Source: Chiloscyllium plagiosum (lineage: Eukaryota). Taken from it: 35,680 nt of DNA. Position 1 is the stretch's first letter. Every line of letters starts with the position of its first letter. Where the stretch lies: contig NW_025215195.1 in assembly GCF_004010195.1 (NCBI RefSeq), positions 22,922-58,601 on the forward strand, read 5' to 3'. The translations under genes were made by a program, and so were the position numbers. Under the pieces are notes generated by a model, which saw only the letters and a program-made list of their open reading frames with translations, had not been told where the DNA came from and made no database searches. Positions 21,828-35,680 of the stretch are shown here, piece by piece.

Positions 21828-22280
21828 AAAAAGGTGCAGATGAAATTTACAAGGATGATGCCAGGGCTCAGGGGTCTGAGTTATAGCGAGAGATTGGACA
21901 AGCGAGGATTTTTTTTGTTTAGAGCAGTGGAAACAGGGGGTGATCTTTTCTGGAAGTATATAAGACCATGAGAGGCTTGGATAAGGTGATTGCACTCCGT
22001 CTCTTTCCCAGGGAATCAAGGAGTGGAGGGCATCAGTTTACGGTTAGAGGAGAAATTATAAAAGGGAACGTGAGAGGCAACTGTTTTACACAGAGGATAG
22101 TATGTATATGGACTGAGCTGCCAGTGGAAGCGGTTGAGACATTTGGACAAATACCTGGATAGCAAAGGGTCAGAAGCAGATGGGCCAAGTGCAGGGAAAT
22201 GGGGTTCGCGTGGATGGACATTCTAATTGGCATGGGCCAGTTTGGGCCAAAGAGCCTGTCTCTGCTGTAGGACTCTGACT
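21828..22280 (+). mobile_element. CR1 LINE 3' end
   Basis: RSGGHQFTVRGE..RGNCFTQRIVCIWTELP, followed by a 3'UTR. Confidence 0.8.
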
Positions 22281-22490
22281 CAAAGTATATTTACTATTTC
22301 TCCCGCTATCTCTGGTAGTACCCTGGGATGTATTCCATCAGAGCAAATAGACTTGTCTACCTTTCGCTCCATGAGCTTGCCCAGCTCTAACTCTCTCGTG
22401 ACAAAGGTTGTTTCTTGGTCCTCACCTTCCTCAGTCTCCTTGTCAATTACTGGCATGTTCTTCGTATCCTCCACTGTGAAGACTGCTGTG
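22280..22490 (-). mobile_element. CR1 ORF2 fragment
   Basis: KVDKSICSDGIHPRVLPEIAGEIV. Confidence 0.75.
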
Positions 22491-22887
22491 TATTCATATT
22501 CCTAAACCCTGCTGGATAGGAATAACTGGGCACAGAACTCTGAGAGGTCTTCTTTGAGTTTTTATTGATGAGACATGGCAGTTACCTGGATAGTGTATAG
22601 GCAGAACATCTCCAGGCAGCATCAGGTAACTCCCCGCCTGTCCGATGTGCCGCTCCCATTCTTATACCTTTGTGGTTTGTGGTTTTGAATGGACGTTGTC
22701 TCTCAATATTATCTCCATGGCAACGGCAGTTAAAAAGTCTAGTTCAGTTCAGCACTTTGTGGTTAAACCACATACCCCTCCCCCACGCCCCCGTGGCTCA
22801 TTCAGGTATCTGACAGGCACTTCAGTTTCAGTGGGGCTGTCTGTCAGGATTCTGATGTGGAAGAACTGGTATTGGAGCGGGGAGGGC

Positions 22888-22962
22888 AAAGTTAAAAGCC
22901 ACAAATCACCAAGTTATAGTCCAACAGGTTTATTTGGAAGTACAAGCTTTTGGAGTGTGCTG
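22888..22962. mobile_element. Fragment of the short Penelope-derived family
   Basis: caaagttaaaa..gttatagtccaacaggtttatttggaag. Confidence 0.6.
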
Positions 22963-23084
22963 TGATTTGTAACTTGATCAGGATTATCTCTATGGTAACA
23001 GTTAAGTACTTCAACAATTACAGAGGACATATGTTCCCCACACAATAGGTTCCCCTCGAGCAGTGTAAACTGCTATTCTGGCCC

Positions 23085-23462
23085 TGGGGATAGCTACTCA
23101 ATCCCATCTCGCTTTCTGTTGATCTTTAAAGTTTTTCTCCTAGTTTCTCCTTGGTCTTTGCCAATTTGTATGCTTTCAATTTCAATTTGATAGACTCCCT
23201 TATTTCCTTAGCCTCCCATGGCAGATTACTCCTTTTCCTACAGTCCTTCTTTTTCACTGATATATCCTTTTGCTGAGCAGTTTGAAAAATTCTTTGATGT
23301 TCCTTCACTGTCTGTCAACTGTCCCACCCTAAAGTCTTTGCTTCCAGTCTACATTAGCCAACGCCTGCCTCATCCTATTGTAGTCTCCTTTGTTTAAGCA
23401 CAGGATCTTGGGATTGGATTTAATCTTCCCGCTTTCCAACTGTATTCTAAATTCAACCATAC
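23085..23462 (-). mobile_element. CR1 ORF2 linker fragment
   Basis: LPWEAKEIRESIKLKLKAYKLAK. Confidence 0.7.
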
Positions 23463-23646
23463 TTCTCACAAGTCTTTTATCAGATTACGAGGTGAGGCGA
23501 TGTTACCTGGGTGTTTTGGTTTTCATCGTCAGAGACCTTGGCTTTGTAATAAAGTACAGGATAGATATTCAAAACAGAGTATTCTGGACGGTGTGAATGT
23601 AATACACAGTCCAAAACCATAAATCACTGTCTTCCCTCAGTTTACA

Positions 23647-23797
23647 TGATTTGGAGATGCCGGTGTTGGACTGGGGTGTACAAAGTTAAAAACTCACAAC
23701 ACCAGGTTATAGTCCCTCAGGTTTAATTGGAAGCACACTAGATTTCGGAGCGTTGCTCCTTCATCATCATCCAATTAAATCTGTTGGACTATAACCT
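23647..23797. mobile_element. Short Penelope-derived element with an inverted repeat enclosing a hammerhead remnant
   Basis: Arms at 23704-23730 and 23771-23797 match at 24/27; the minus strand between them reads TGATGA-A-GGAGC-AAC-GCTCC-GAAA. Confidence 0.75.
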
Positions 23798-24217
23798 ATT
23801 TAACTCACCTCAGTTCAAAATTGAAAAATCATTATCTCCCACATGCTTCCTCACTATCTAAGTTTGAAATGCTAATCCACCTGACCATCCTGCTTTTTCC
23901 AAAAATCTCCTTTGGTGAAGGTGGTGAGGTTTGGATTCAGCTTTCCAGTTATTACCAGAAGAAGTTAGGCACTGGGCACAGGAGAGGCAATGCAGCCCTT
24001 CGAACCAGCCTCACCATTTAATACGGTGATGATTGAGCTCACATCCGTCTCAGCTGGAATTTCCCACTTGCTCCCTCTCTCACCCTTCATCTCATTGCAA
24101 ATTCAACATCTGTATCTCTTCAGTAAATTTGATTATTGTCCTGGCATCCACCGCATTTTGAATAGGGATTTCTGCAGAGTCACAGCACATTGAGATAGGT
24201 ACATTCTTCTTCATGAG

Positions 24218-24540
24218 AATGGAATAGAATCCCTTCAGTGCAGAAGCAGGGTAATCGTCCATGGAGTCCACCAACCCTATGATGAGCATCGCATTCAGAC
24301 TCACCCATTCCCTGTATTTCCCATGGTTAATGGCTTAACCTGCACAGGCATGGACACTGGGAATTTCGCATAACCAATCCACTTAACCTGCACATCTTTG
24401 GACTGTGGGATGAAACTGGAGCACCCACTGGAAACCCGCACAGACACGGGGAGAACGTGTGGACTCCACACAGTCACCTAAGGATGAATCAAATCCAGGT
24501 CCCTGACGCTGTGAGTCAGCAATGCTAACCATTGAGCCAC
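24218..24540 (-). mobile_element. Near full-length V-SINE (HE1-like) with tRNA-derived head
   Basis: Minus strand has an A box (TGGCTCAATGG), a degenerate B box, the V-domain and a LINE-like tail. Confidence 0.85.
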
Positions 24541-24762
24541 CTCTGCTTAAATTCTGCTCCTCCTATTAACCACCCCACGCCCTAGTTGGCTGAATCTATA
24601 TTCCTTACATCAGAAAATCAGGTTGTGGAAGCAGGTGTCTCAGTAAAACCCAGTGACAGTCCATATGTTCTGTGTGTCTGAATGGGGATCCGATACACAA
24701 CACCCTCCAGTCCACACTATTCATTAACTTTCCAGAGACAGGGCTCCAGTGGCTTCATGGGG

Positions 24763-24782
24763 ACTACAACTCCCACAATCCC
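24763..24782 (+). promoter_or_regulatory. ZNF143/Staf-THAP11-type motif
   Basis: ACTACAACTCCCACAATCCC fits the ACTACAnnTCCCA consensus; inverted CCAAT (GATTGG) at 24900-24905. Confidence 0.5.
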
Positions 24783-26759
24783 TGAGGTAGGGACCACACG
24801 TGTGTGGGGAAACCTGGCACTGTACATGTACAGAATGTGGGGGGGTTTTGGAGCATGTGCTTTGGGTAAATATACTTGGCGGAACGTTTTTCACACAGTG
24901 ATTGGCTGGAGGAGGAATGTATCTGCTCATAGTATTGATCTGTTGGAGGAGGGGGTCAAGGTGTCACTACTCCCATGTAGCACCACTCTCCATCCCCAAC
25001 TCATTGTATTGGTGGGAATCAACTAATGGGAAACAAAGAAGGATCTGACCCATTCTCCCAGACTGAAGGTTCCTCTTCTGTCCAGGATCTGCCACCTCCC
25101 TGCCTGTTTCTTTTTGTTCCATTCTGCTCTTACATTATTGACTTGCAGCAACTGAAGGGAAAGGAAATGAACCCAGAAAGGGTGCAGAGTCTAACCAGGG
25201 ACGGGAAGTGGTGGCATGGATCTGTTTATCAGCAACTCCATGAGAATGTGGAGGGTGTACATTAGGGGGTAGCAGAATCAGAATGGTCGGAGAGAGTAAG
25301 TGGGCTGGAGGGTTACAGCTTTGAGGGAAGAAAGGGGAAAAAGATATTCAAGAGAAACAGGAATTGTCTGTTCTGAATTTCTAATCTGTACATATTCCTT
25401 TATACAGGGTGCTAGATGGTGAAGATTGCAGACTGAAATCTCAAAATCAAGTGCAGATCATGATTAAGTTAACCAGCATTTGAAGAAGCAAAGATAGAGA
25501 GTCACTCGGCCAAAATCCTGCAACACTCTCCTCACAGCATTTTCGATCTCTCTGCACCAAATGGACTGTGAATTGTACAAGGCAGCAGCTCACGACCATC
25601 TTCTCAAGGGTAACTAGAGATGGGGAACAAATGCTAGCTGAGCCAGTGATGCCCATATCCTGGAAATGGTTTATTTATCGAGTTGTTGAAACCCAGTTGA
25701 TGTTACAGCAGGATGATGAGGGATGCTGAGTGCATCCTCCAGGAGGCAGCACCATTACATTTCCCCTCCCTCCACCTACACAGCAACGTCACTGGAACAA
25801 AAGGCAGTGAAACCAAAGGAGGACTTAGATATAGTTCTTCGAGGTAAAGTCATGAAAGGGGATTGGAACACAGCATGAACAGGAGACTGAGCTGGATGGT
25901 CAGCTGTTTCCCATTGAATGGTGGAGCAGGATTGAAAGGCTGAATGGTCTCCTCCTGCTGCTATCTCCCAGGTATGTATATAGCCATGGAGCCCGGGTAG
26001 GAAGAAGTCGGCAGGGCAGGGATTCTCCAGGAGATTGCACGTCCACATCAGTGTTCAGTGAGGGCTGGTTTGATGGATTTTATTTGACTATTGTCTTTTA
26101 CATTAAAAAAAAGCAAATTTGCAAACCTTGTGTTAAAGATTATTCCACAATAAATAAAAGTAAAAGAATTGAAACTATCTGAACATAACCGTTTTTAAAC
26201 TTTCAAGTGGCCTTTAGAACAAAATCATGTCTATTCCCGGACACGACCACTTTCCAGTTACTCAGGCTCCAGGGAAATATTCCCTCCCCGTCTGAACCTT
26301 TGGTTTGATTTAACTGCTTTTCAGTTCTCGTTCTGCGAGCTGTGAAGCGTTCTTTTTTCCCCCCTTTCTCCTACCCAGACGTGTTATCACACACAGCTGA
26401 GCAACCTTCCCACCATCAAAATCATCATTACCCCATTTTGCTTTTGGTTAATAACCCGTAGTAAACCACCCGTGTAACCAATTGAATATTTATAAACAAG
26501 GCCATGACTGGCAAAGCAAACCATTACAAGTGACAGAGTGATAAGGGACTAAATCAAAGTAGAGTTGGGGGTGAGGGGGCAGCGGTGGAGATAAAGCACT
26601 GTATCCCCTGCGGTGCCCACCTCTATCTGAAGGCATCGAGAGCATTGATACACACCACATGCTCCTTCTCCAAGGACACCCTGCTGTGTAGCCTTTATCC
26701 TCAATCATAGAATATAATTCAAAGTTTGTGAGAAGATTTGTAGCTCGGGTGCTGTCTTT

Positions 26760-26882
26760 GGGCTGTGGGAGGAAACCAGAGCACCTGGAGAGGAGCACAT
26801 TATCATGGGGAGAATGTGGGAACTCCACATTGACCAAGGATGGTCTCCAACCTTGTACGTGGTTCTATGAAGCAGCAGTGTT
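26760..26882 (-). mobile_element. V-SINE fragment
   Basis: ctgtgggaggaaaccagagcacctggag..ggggagaatgtgggaactccac. Confidence 0.7.
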
Positions 26883-27194
26883 ACGATCATAATTTAAATC
26901 AAAACAAATGATCATTGCTTATTGTCACATTGTTGTTTGTGGAGACTGACTGCCCAGAGAGACACCCTGAGGTTCAGAAAGTGGCAACATAAATTCAGTC
27001 AACACCAGCCCAGTTAATGTGATTAACAATATCAATACTCCAACAGTGCCATCATGAACAAGGTCCAGTCCTGACTCTGATGAACAGTAACGTCAGAATC
27101 AGAGTCCTGCAGGGATGTGTGAACTCTACCCCACACGGATCAGGTGGATGACCACTTACTGGACTTTCAATTGTCTTGAAAACTCAACAAATCA

Positions 27195-28175
<981 letters not shown>

Positions 28176-29404
28176 TATTAACAATAAGGATCAGGACCTG
28201 CGGCATTGGATGACTCTGCAGTTGATGTGATGTTAAAGCTGAGTTTCCCATCTGGGAACTCTCTCTCTCTGCAAAACAATTTTTCCCTATCATTATTACA
28301 ACTCCCAACACCAGCTCTCCCTTCAGTTCTCCTGAACTTCTAAATTTGGACTAATGCAATGACCTCAGTAATGTGCCTTTCTCTCACTTGTTTCTGAAAG
28401 TAAATTAGGACCATTTTGAATAACTTTGCGCAATTTACCAGAAGAACCCACACCTATTCTATTATNNNNNNNNNNNNNNNNNNNCTTAAAGCCCCTCATG
28501 TGTCTGGCAATCTGGCAATACAGTTGAAGATATTTTATATAGTAACCTTACAGTCTCAATTGCAATTTCCAGTCCATGAAGCAGCCAGTTACATGCACCA
28601 GTGACTTGAATTCTGACGACAGCATTGCCCTGGCTGGAGAGATTGAAGAGCATGAAACTGTCTTCTCTGGAGTATCTAAGAAACACTTGAAATGAACAAA
28701 ATTCTTCAAGAGCTCGATAGGACAGATACAGCAAGGATGGGCTCCCTGGCTGGTGTGTCTGGAATGAAGTCAGCACTAACTGTAATATCTTTACCCAGTA
28801 TCCCCTTTAGCTGTATAAATGTTTAAGATGTATTTGCTGCTCTAATTCCACTCTCTTGATCACTCCCGTTTGTAACTGCTGTAGTGTTGGGGGCCATGCA
28901 AATTGATAACATTTGATTCAATCCATCCAAGAACCCCTCTGTGTCTGTGTCTCACTTTTGTTCACCGAGACCGTCATTCAATCTGACCCCTTCACCATCC
29001 CTGCTCTGATATTTCCTTAGGGGGCTCAGAATGAAATGTTCACAGAAGGACAAAAGGAGGCTGATTGGCTCATCACCTCACTGAATGCCATTATTTACCT
29101 TCACCCCATAAACCTTCCCATTCGTCCTCTTCCAATAACTGTTCGCTTCAATTCTCTTCATTGTACCTGACTCACCACACTTTTTGGCAGTGCATTCCTG
29201 ACCATAAACTTTCTCTGCATGAAATTGTTTTGTCTCATGTCACATGCGCTTCCTTTGTCAATCCCTTTACATCGGTGCCTCCTCATTATTGATTCTACCA
29301 TGCATGCGAACAGTTTGAACCAATCAACTCTCACTGGAGCCCTCTTGGAGGTATCTTTACCCAGTATCCCCCGGGATGGTGAATATCATCTCTTCCTGTC
29401 ACAG

Positions 29405-29761
<357 letters not shown>

Positions 29762-29934
29762 TGAAGAGTTGATTTCTGGTCTATTATCCTATTTCGGAAA
29801 TAATAATGAATAATTTTTGCAGTTGAATTAAAAGTGCAAGACCAAAATGGGTTTTATTCTGATTGAGCATGTTCTCCTGTTTTCTCAGTTGCTATTGACA
29901 ATCTCATTCCCCTTCACACCAGAACCTGTTCCAC

Positions 29935-30012
29935 TCTCCACAGATGCTGCCAGATCTGTTGAATTTTTCCAGCAATGTCTGTTTTAGTTTCTGATTTCCC
30001 AGCATTTGCAGA
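29935..30012 (+). mobile_element. Penelope terminal fragment
   Basis: ctccacagatgctgccagatctgttga..tttccagca is an inverted match to 14790-14875. Confidence 0.55.
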
Positions 30013-31994
30013 TGGTTAGATTTTCATATTCATCTTGTCTGTTGCAGAGGTGTTTATTGATGAGTTTGGAGGGTTTTGAAAATTGCAAGTTAGGCCACAA
30101 ACCAGCCATGATCCATTGAATGGCAGAGCAGGGGTGAAGGGCTGAATGGCTTCCTCCTGTTCCAATGAAAGTTGTCCATCTGCAGCTTTTGGCAACATTT
30201 CCTCTCACTGTTCACTTCACCCCCATGTCTATCACACTGTTACTGACTGAACAAATTTCCTGTGTTTGAGCTAAACCTGCTAATGTTCAGTGGCTCCCTG
30301 TCTTGCCACCCGGGTTTAACTCTCATCATGGAATGCTGTCTCGTATTACTGCGGGATTGCCCACAAAGGACTCAGCCTGGAATCTGTATCCCCTGGGATC
30401 CACAAACCCAGTTTATTTATTTCTTCCTCTTTCATTCTGGCTATTGAACTCTCGGTTTCAATCCTTTGTCCTGTCATGCTCTTCAACATGCCCATGTGGG
30501 TGGGCTAGAGGCAGCTGGGATTTAATCAAGGGAAGTTGGGATTAGGCGGAAGCACGAGGAGAGGTGACAGCAAAGACCATTCTCATTGTAACGGCAGAGT
30601 TTCTCCATGACCCAGTGAGTGGTGAGGCACCTGAGATTGTTGAGGAGGCCAATTCAATCAGGGATTTGGGAAAACACTCAGACACTGACCTACCCATCTG
30701 ATTGTGAACTCAGACAGAAATAAAAAAGAACGATACACATTTAGATAGCAACTTTGACTTGGGGCAATGAACCATGCTTCAGACCCAACCACAAATCTCT
30801 GAACCCTCAAAAACAAAGCTTCCGACTTATGCCAGAATGTCCCTCAGCCTCCTCCTTTCTTGAGAAAAACATTTTGAGCTGTTAAGCCTTTCCTCGTGAT
30901 TATAACCTCTATGTTCCTATAAGATTTGTGACGAATCCTTTATTATTTTTCTCTTCCTTGTGAGTGATGCCAGCAGCAGAAACAGTTCCTGACCTATGTG
31001 GGTTTCGGTTGGTGTATTTGTATTTACAAATTCATTCTCACCCTCACGTACAGTGTGAAATTGCTGTAAAATAGAAGGAAATGATTGAGTGAGAACTAAC
31101 AGAAACACAAAGGCAGCATGTCTACCTGAGCTGAATGAACCTACCGTTAGGAAAACGTGATGACAATCACAACTAGTTAGAGTCACAGAATCCCGTAGGT
31201 GCAGAAAGAGGAAATTCTATCTATCGAGCCTGCAATGACCTGCTTTCCCACCCTACCTCCATAACCCCACATTTACCATGGCTAACCCAACCCGCTGAAC
31301 CTGCACACTACAGGCCATGTTAGCACAGCTAATAGAGCAAACCTGCCCATCTGTGGGAGGGTCACAGATTACATCCAAATGGTCGGAATTGCGGGTGAAG
31401 GTTCACGAATACTTCAATCTGACACAAATGCTCTTTTCAAAAATAAAATCTGGGGGAAACTGCAACCAGAAGGATTTCCAATTATCTCTGGAGGAAGAGA
31501 ATTCAAAACTCGTGCCATTGACCCAAGGGGCACAGTGAAAGTTACAGTGGTCTGGGAACCATCAGAAATTTAACAGGTTGTGAGTAAGGTGGGGATGAGA
31601 CAAGGACAAAAAGACAGTCTGTCACATGGGGGAAGGCAGGAGAGATTAAATTGCAGAAATGGTAGTCCCTCAAGGCCACGGGGAATGGAGTTAGGGCTGG
31701 GAAAGAAACCAGGAAACAAGGTGAGCAGCTGTCAAAGAAATACATTGAAAAAACAGATTATAACAACATAGAGGGCAGAGTACGCAGTCTGAAGTTATTG
31801 CTCTGAATGATGAGGACAGAACGCTGTAAAGCCTGGGTAATTCTATTACAGCCAACACATACAGGATGGGCCAAGTGGCCTATATCTGTGCTGCAAATTT
31901 CTGATAAATTTATTCCGACACTTAGAGTTCAAATCTGATGATGCTCATAAATTCCAAAATTTAACTGGAGTTTAATATTCTAGGGAAAAGTCAA

Positions 31995-32470
31995 ATATAT
32001 CACATTGATCCCATTCTGCAGACTTTAGTCCATTGCCCTGCATGTTCCAGCATTTCAGTTACATCCATATCCTTTTATTCTAATGTGATGCTGGTTACTG
32101 CCTCTGCCACCTGTCTCCCACCATCTCCGAGTTAAATGAATTCTTCCCCAGATCTTTCTGAGAATTAGTTTCAATCTAAAACCTCCAGTTACCGACCTCT
32201 CTGTTATAAATAGCTCCTTCCTATCCACTCGATCTGGATTCCTCAGCATTTTATCACTTCAATTTTCTCTCAGCTCATCTTCCTCAGAAAGCATCCCCAG
32301 CCTATCCAATCTTTCCACAGAGCAGAAATTTTCCAATTGTAGAAACATTCTGATCAATCTCTTCTGTACCCTCTTTGGTATGATCACATCAACCCTGGAA
32401 TGTGGAAATCAGAAATGTGTACTGTACTTTAGCTGTGGTCAAACGAGTGTTCCTGACATTTTCCATGTCA
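31995..32470 (-). mobile_element. Old CR1 3' fragment
   Basis: MLRNPDRVDRKELF..GGFRLKL, plus ctgtaccctct and tagctgtggtc landmarks. Confidence 0.6.
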
Positions 32471-33767
32471 CCTCCGTGTTCTTGTTTTTGTCGCTCAGAC
32501 AAGAAGTGTCATGGCTTTCCCACATGGAAAAGGATGTGCACTCCATGCGGCTGGAATTCCCTACCACGTGTTTATTTGTTAACTAATAATAAATTATCTT
32601 CAGATTAAAACAAGATTATCAGCTACCCACCAATCAACTTCCATTATACTCAAGCCACCTTACTTTTTAAAATCTCTTTAAAATTATTACTATCTAAACA
32701 CAACAGACTTTAATTTGCTGGTCAAGTATTCAGATGTCTCCACTGTTACAATCACTCGAAGGTTATCTTTACCTTCAGCTACATTTGGTGAATTGAACAC
32801 TGATTGTAAATATATGAATATCAAACGGACTTGAGTTTTATGATTATTAATCCAGTCTGACATTCTTGTTGGTTAATATCTTGAAGAGAACTGTCCTCAG
32901 AACTCCAGCTGTGCTCTGACTTCATTCACAACTGGATGTGGTTGGACTGCAGATCTTAGATCTGTTCTGTTGTTTCCCGGATTGCTTCACTCTGTCTATC
33001 ACTTGATGCTTATGCTGTTTGGCACACAAGTGGTCTTCGTTGGTAACTTCATCAGGTTAACACCTCATTTTTAGGTATTCATGCTGCTGTTACTGACATG
33101 CCCTCCTGAATTCTCTCAGTTGAATGAGGATTGATTCTCTGGTTTGATGGTAAGAGGCAAGTTGGGGAATATGCTGGGCCGTGATTCCATAAGTTTTGTT
33201 GGAGTACAATTCTACTGCTGTTGTGGAAGGAAAGAGCTAAACTCTTGCACTGTAAGCCGTATATGCAAGAAGCGACATGCAGTATCATTGACAGTGATAG
33301 GCCAAGAAATGAAATGCGAGCATCACTGTACAATGATGTAGGATCACAACTGCAGCAAGGGGAGATTAAGATCCAACGTGACCTAGGAGTAGGGAAAGAA
33401 GCAGCTGATCAGATTGTCTCATTCATAGTCACAAAGAGACTCTGTGAGATTATTGTACTGTTGGAGGTGAGGGTGGAGGAGGTTGGGGAGACGGAGAGCC
33501 CTTCAAAAGAAACTAATCTGCCTGAGAGTTATGGGATCGACTTGATTGCCATGCATTTAATAGAAAGTTAATTGAATATGTTTTTATCCCCAATAGATAA
33601 CAAGACAATAGAAACAAACCCCAGAATCCATGGTTCAGACATGGATGTCAATAGTCCATCAACATCCAACTCCTGCAATTATTCAGCAAACGTATGTCTG
33701 ATTACCCAGTCCTGATGAACCAGAAAACCGCTGTTCACTCTGTGCAGATGGAGAGCGATGTGGGGAA

Positions 33768-34125
33768 GTATTGGCCGAGTGGTTTTGTCGCTAGACAGTT
33801 AATCCAAAGCCCCAGATAAAGTTCTGAAGACCTGGGTTCAAGGCCTGCTGCAGCACTTGGGGGAATTTGATTTCAATTTAAAAAAATTCTGGAATTTAAG
33901 AATCTAATGATGACCATTAATCGATTGTCAGAAAAACCCATCTGGTTTAGTAATGCCCTTTCATGAAGGAAGCTGCAATCCTTACCTGATCTGTCCTACA
34001 TTGTGACTTCAGACCCACAGTAAAGTGATCGACTCTTACCTGCCCCCTGGGCAATTAGCGATGAGCAGTAAATGCTGCCGGGCCAGCGATACCCTCATCC
34101 TGTGAATGAATAAAGGAAAATAAAA
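33768..34125 (+). mobile_element. tRNA-derived SINE with CR1-like tail
   Basis: A box TGGCCGAGTGG, B box-like GGTTCAAGGCC, and a tail gggcaattagcgatgagcagtaaatgctg..catcc..gaatgaataaa related to 25605-25660. Confidence 0.7.
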
Positions 34126-34269
34126 GTCTCCACTCAGTGTGAATCCGTACATGTCCAACGATGTGAACATTTCCAAAGCTAAGTTCTCTATGTGCAAAAC
34201 TTTATGAACTGCCAAAACCATTGTTCATTACTTGGTGTGAACAAGAGAAAAAGAATCAACTTGTGGTTA

Positions 34270-34470
34270 TGAGTAAATTCACTGGTGTCTCAGCAGGATA
34301 GATGCCTGAGTGAATCCCTCCCCCCTTCTCCCCTCCCCCCCCCCCCCCCCCCCCCCCGCACACACACACACATAGAGCAGGCGAACTGCAGTGTCCAGGT
34401 GGGATGGGTAAATAATTCCCTTCTGGCATTCCCCACATTTCCAGAGTCTGTCCCTCGTCTGGCTGCGCTG
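34270..34470 (-). pseudogene. C2H2 zinc-finger remnant disrupted by poly-G and (TG)n
   Basis: LWKCGECQKGIIYPSHL .. GEGFTQASILLRHQ*. Confidence 0.7.
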
Positions 34471-35356
34471 GTGTTTTGCCATTTCAGAAAAATGCTAGTA
34501 GACTGTAACACACACCGTTAGCCCGCCCCCTCTCCCCCACCCCAGAACCCAGTATAAAGCAGTAAACATTATCTCCTGCGGTGGAGGGACAGCCTGTATT
34601 CGTCTGTGTAGGAACACTGAGCAGATTTAGCTAAATGACAATTTAATTGGTGACCAGAGCAAGTTAAGTAGGTCCAAATAAAATGCATTATAGCTCAGAA
34701 AGAGGCCCATCAAATCCAAACTGGTTCTCTGTAGCAGAATCCAACATTCTCATTCCCCATCCGTCCCTCAAACCCTGCGATTTTATTTCCCTCAGATCTG
34801 ATACAATTGTTTTTATCAATCATTCATTTTCTCTGCTTGCACCACCGTAATAGGCAGCATGTTCTGCAATATTTCCAGCCAATACAGCAGAGACACTTAC
34901 TCATCTCCCACGGTCTCAAAACCTCACATCTGGTCTTAATTCTTGTGCCATCACCTATCAAATACAGATATTTTTTGTCTGCTATATCTAGGTCTGTTAT
35001 AATCTTATACAGCTTTATCAAAAATATATTTAGCTTGTTTATTTCAAAGAAAATAGCAATCTCTTCAAATCAATTCAGTTACTGAATTTTCTTCATCGGT
35101 GAACCACTCCAGTAAGTCTGTACTCCCCACCCTGAAGATCACTCATATCCTTCCTTGTTAATGTCTGTTTTGTTCCACAAATCCAGATGACACAAGTTTT
35201 CTGTACAACAGCAGTAGCTTTATTCTCGGACAGCTGGCAAGAATTTCAAAGCGTCTCGAAAGTAGCCGAGTGTCTACTTGTACAAACTCATTGTCACGAT
35301 TCTCTGCCTTACCCACAGAGACAGTATATTTAATAAGAATTAGACAAAGGCATATC

Positions 35357-35680
35357 TCCCACCCGCTGCTTCCAACCTCATAGTCCGGAAACAGCCCCAC
35401 TGCCCGATTCTACCTCCTTCCCAAGATCCACAAGCCTGACCACCCTGGCCGACCCATTGTCTCAGCATGCTCCTGCCCCACTGAACTCATCTCTACCTAC
35501 CTCGACACTGTCCTATCCCCCCAGTCCAGGAACTCCCCACATACGTCGTGACCACCACCCACGCCCTCCACCTCCTCCAAGACTCCCGTTTCCCCGGCCC
35601 CCAACGCCTCATCTTCACCATGGATATCCAATCCCTCTACACCTCCATCCGCCATGACCAGGGCCTCCAACCCCTCCGTT
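35357..35680 (+). mobile_element. Penelope-like element reverse transcriptase fragment (runs off the window)
   Basis: [45 protein letters not shown], with frameshifts. Confidence 0.9.

Noticed and set aside
24480..24540. tRNA gene (also at 33768-33850)
   Set aside because: These are SINE heads with A/B boxes, no complete cloverleaf, and a SINE body following.
35158..35400. Possible host exon
   Set aside because: No recognisable domain or convincing splice sites, and it overlaps repeat sequence.

Overview
Repeat-dense vertebrate DNA, most likely from a shark or other cartilaginous fish (inferred from the CR1, V-SINE/HE1-like and Penelope families). I see no intact host gene. The window holds nested CR1 LINE fragments, V-SINEs, Penelope-like elements with minimal hammerhead ribozyme motifs, and decayed C2H2 zinc-finger genes with promoter-like motifs. 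The main feature is a class I (gamma/epsilon-like, HERV-I-like) endogenous retrovirus on the minus strand at 6250-12578. It has no LTRs and is circularly permuted: 3' pol (RNase H C-terminus, integrase), then env fused in frame to gag CA-NC, then 5' pol (PR, RT, RNase H N-terminus). The break falls inside RNase H, and a 234/235-bp duplication of flanking DNA brackets the block. This is either an inserted circular intermediate, a complex rearrangement or an assembly artefact; a false N-gap inside env shows the assembly is imperfect here. Repeat boundaries are approximate.
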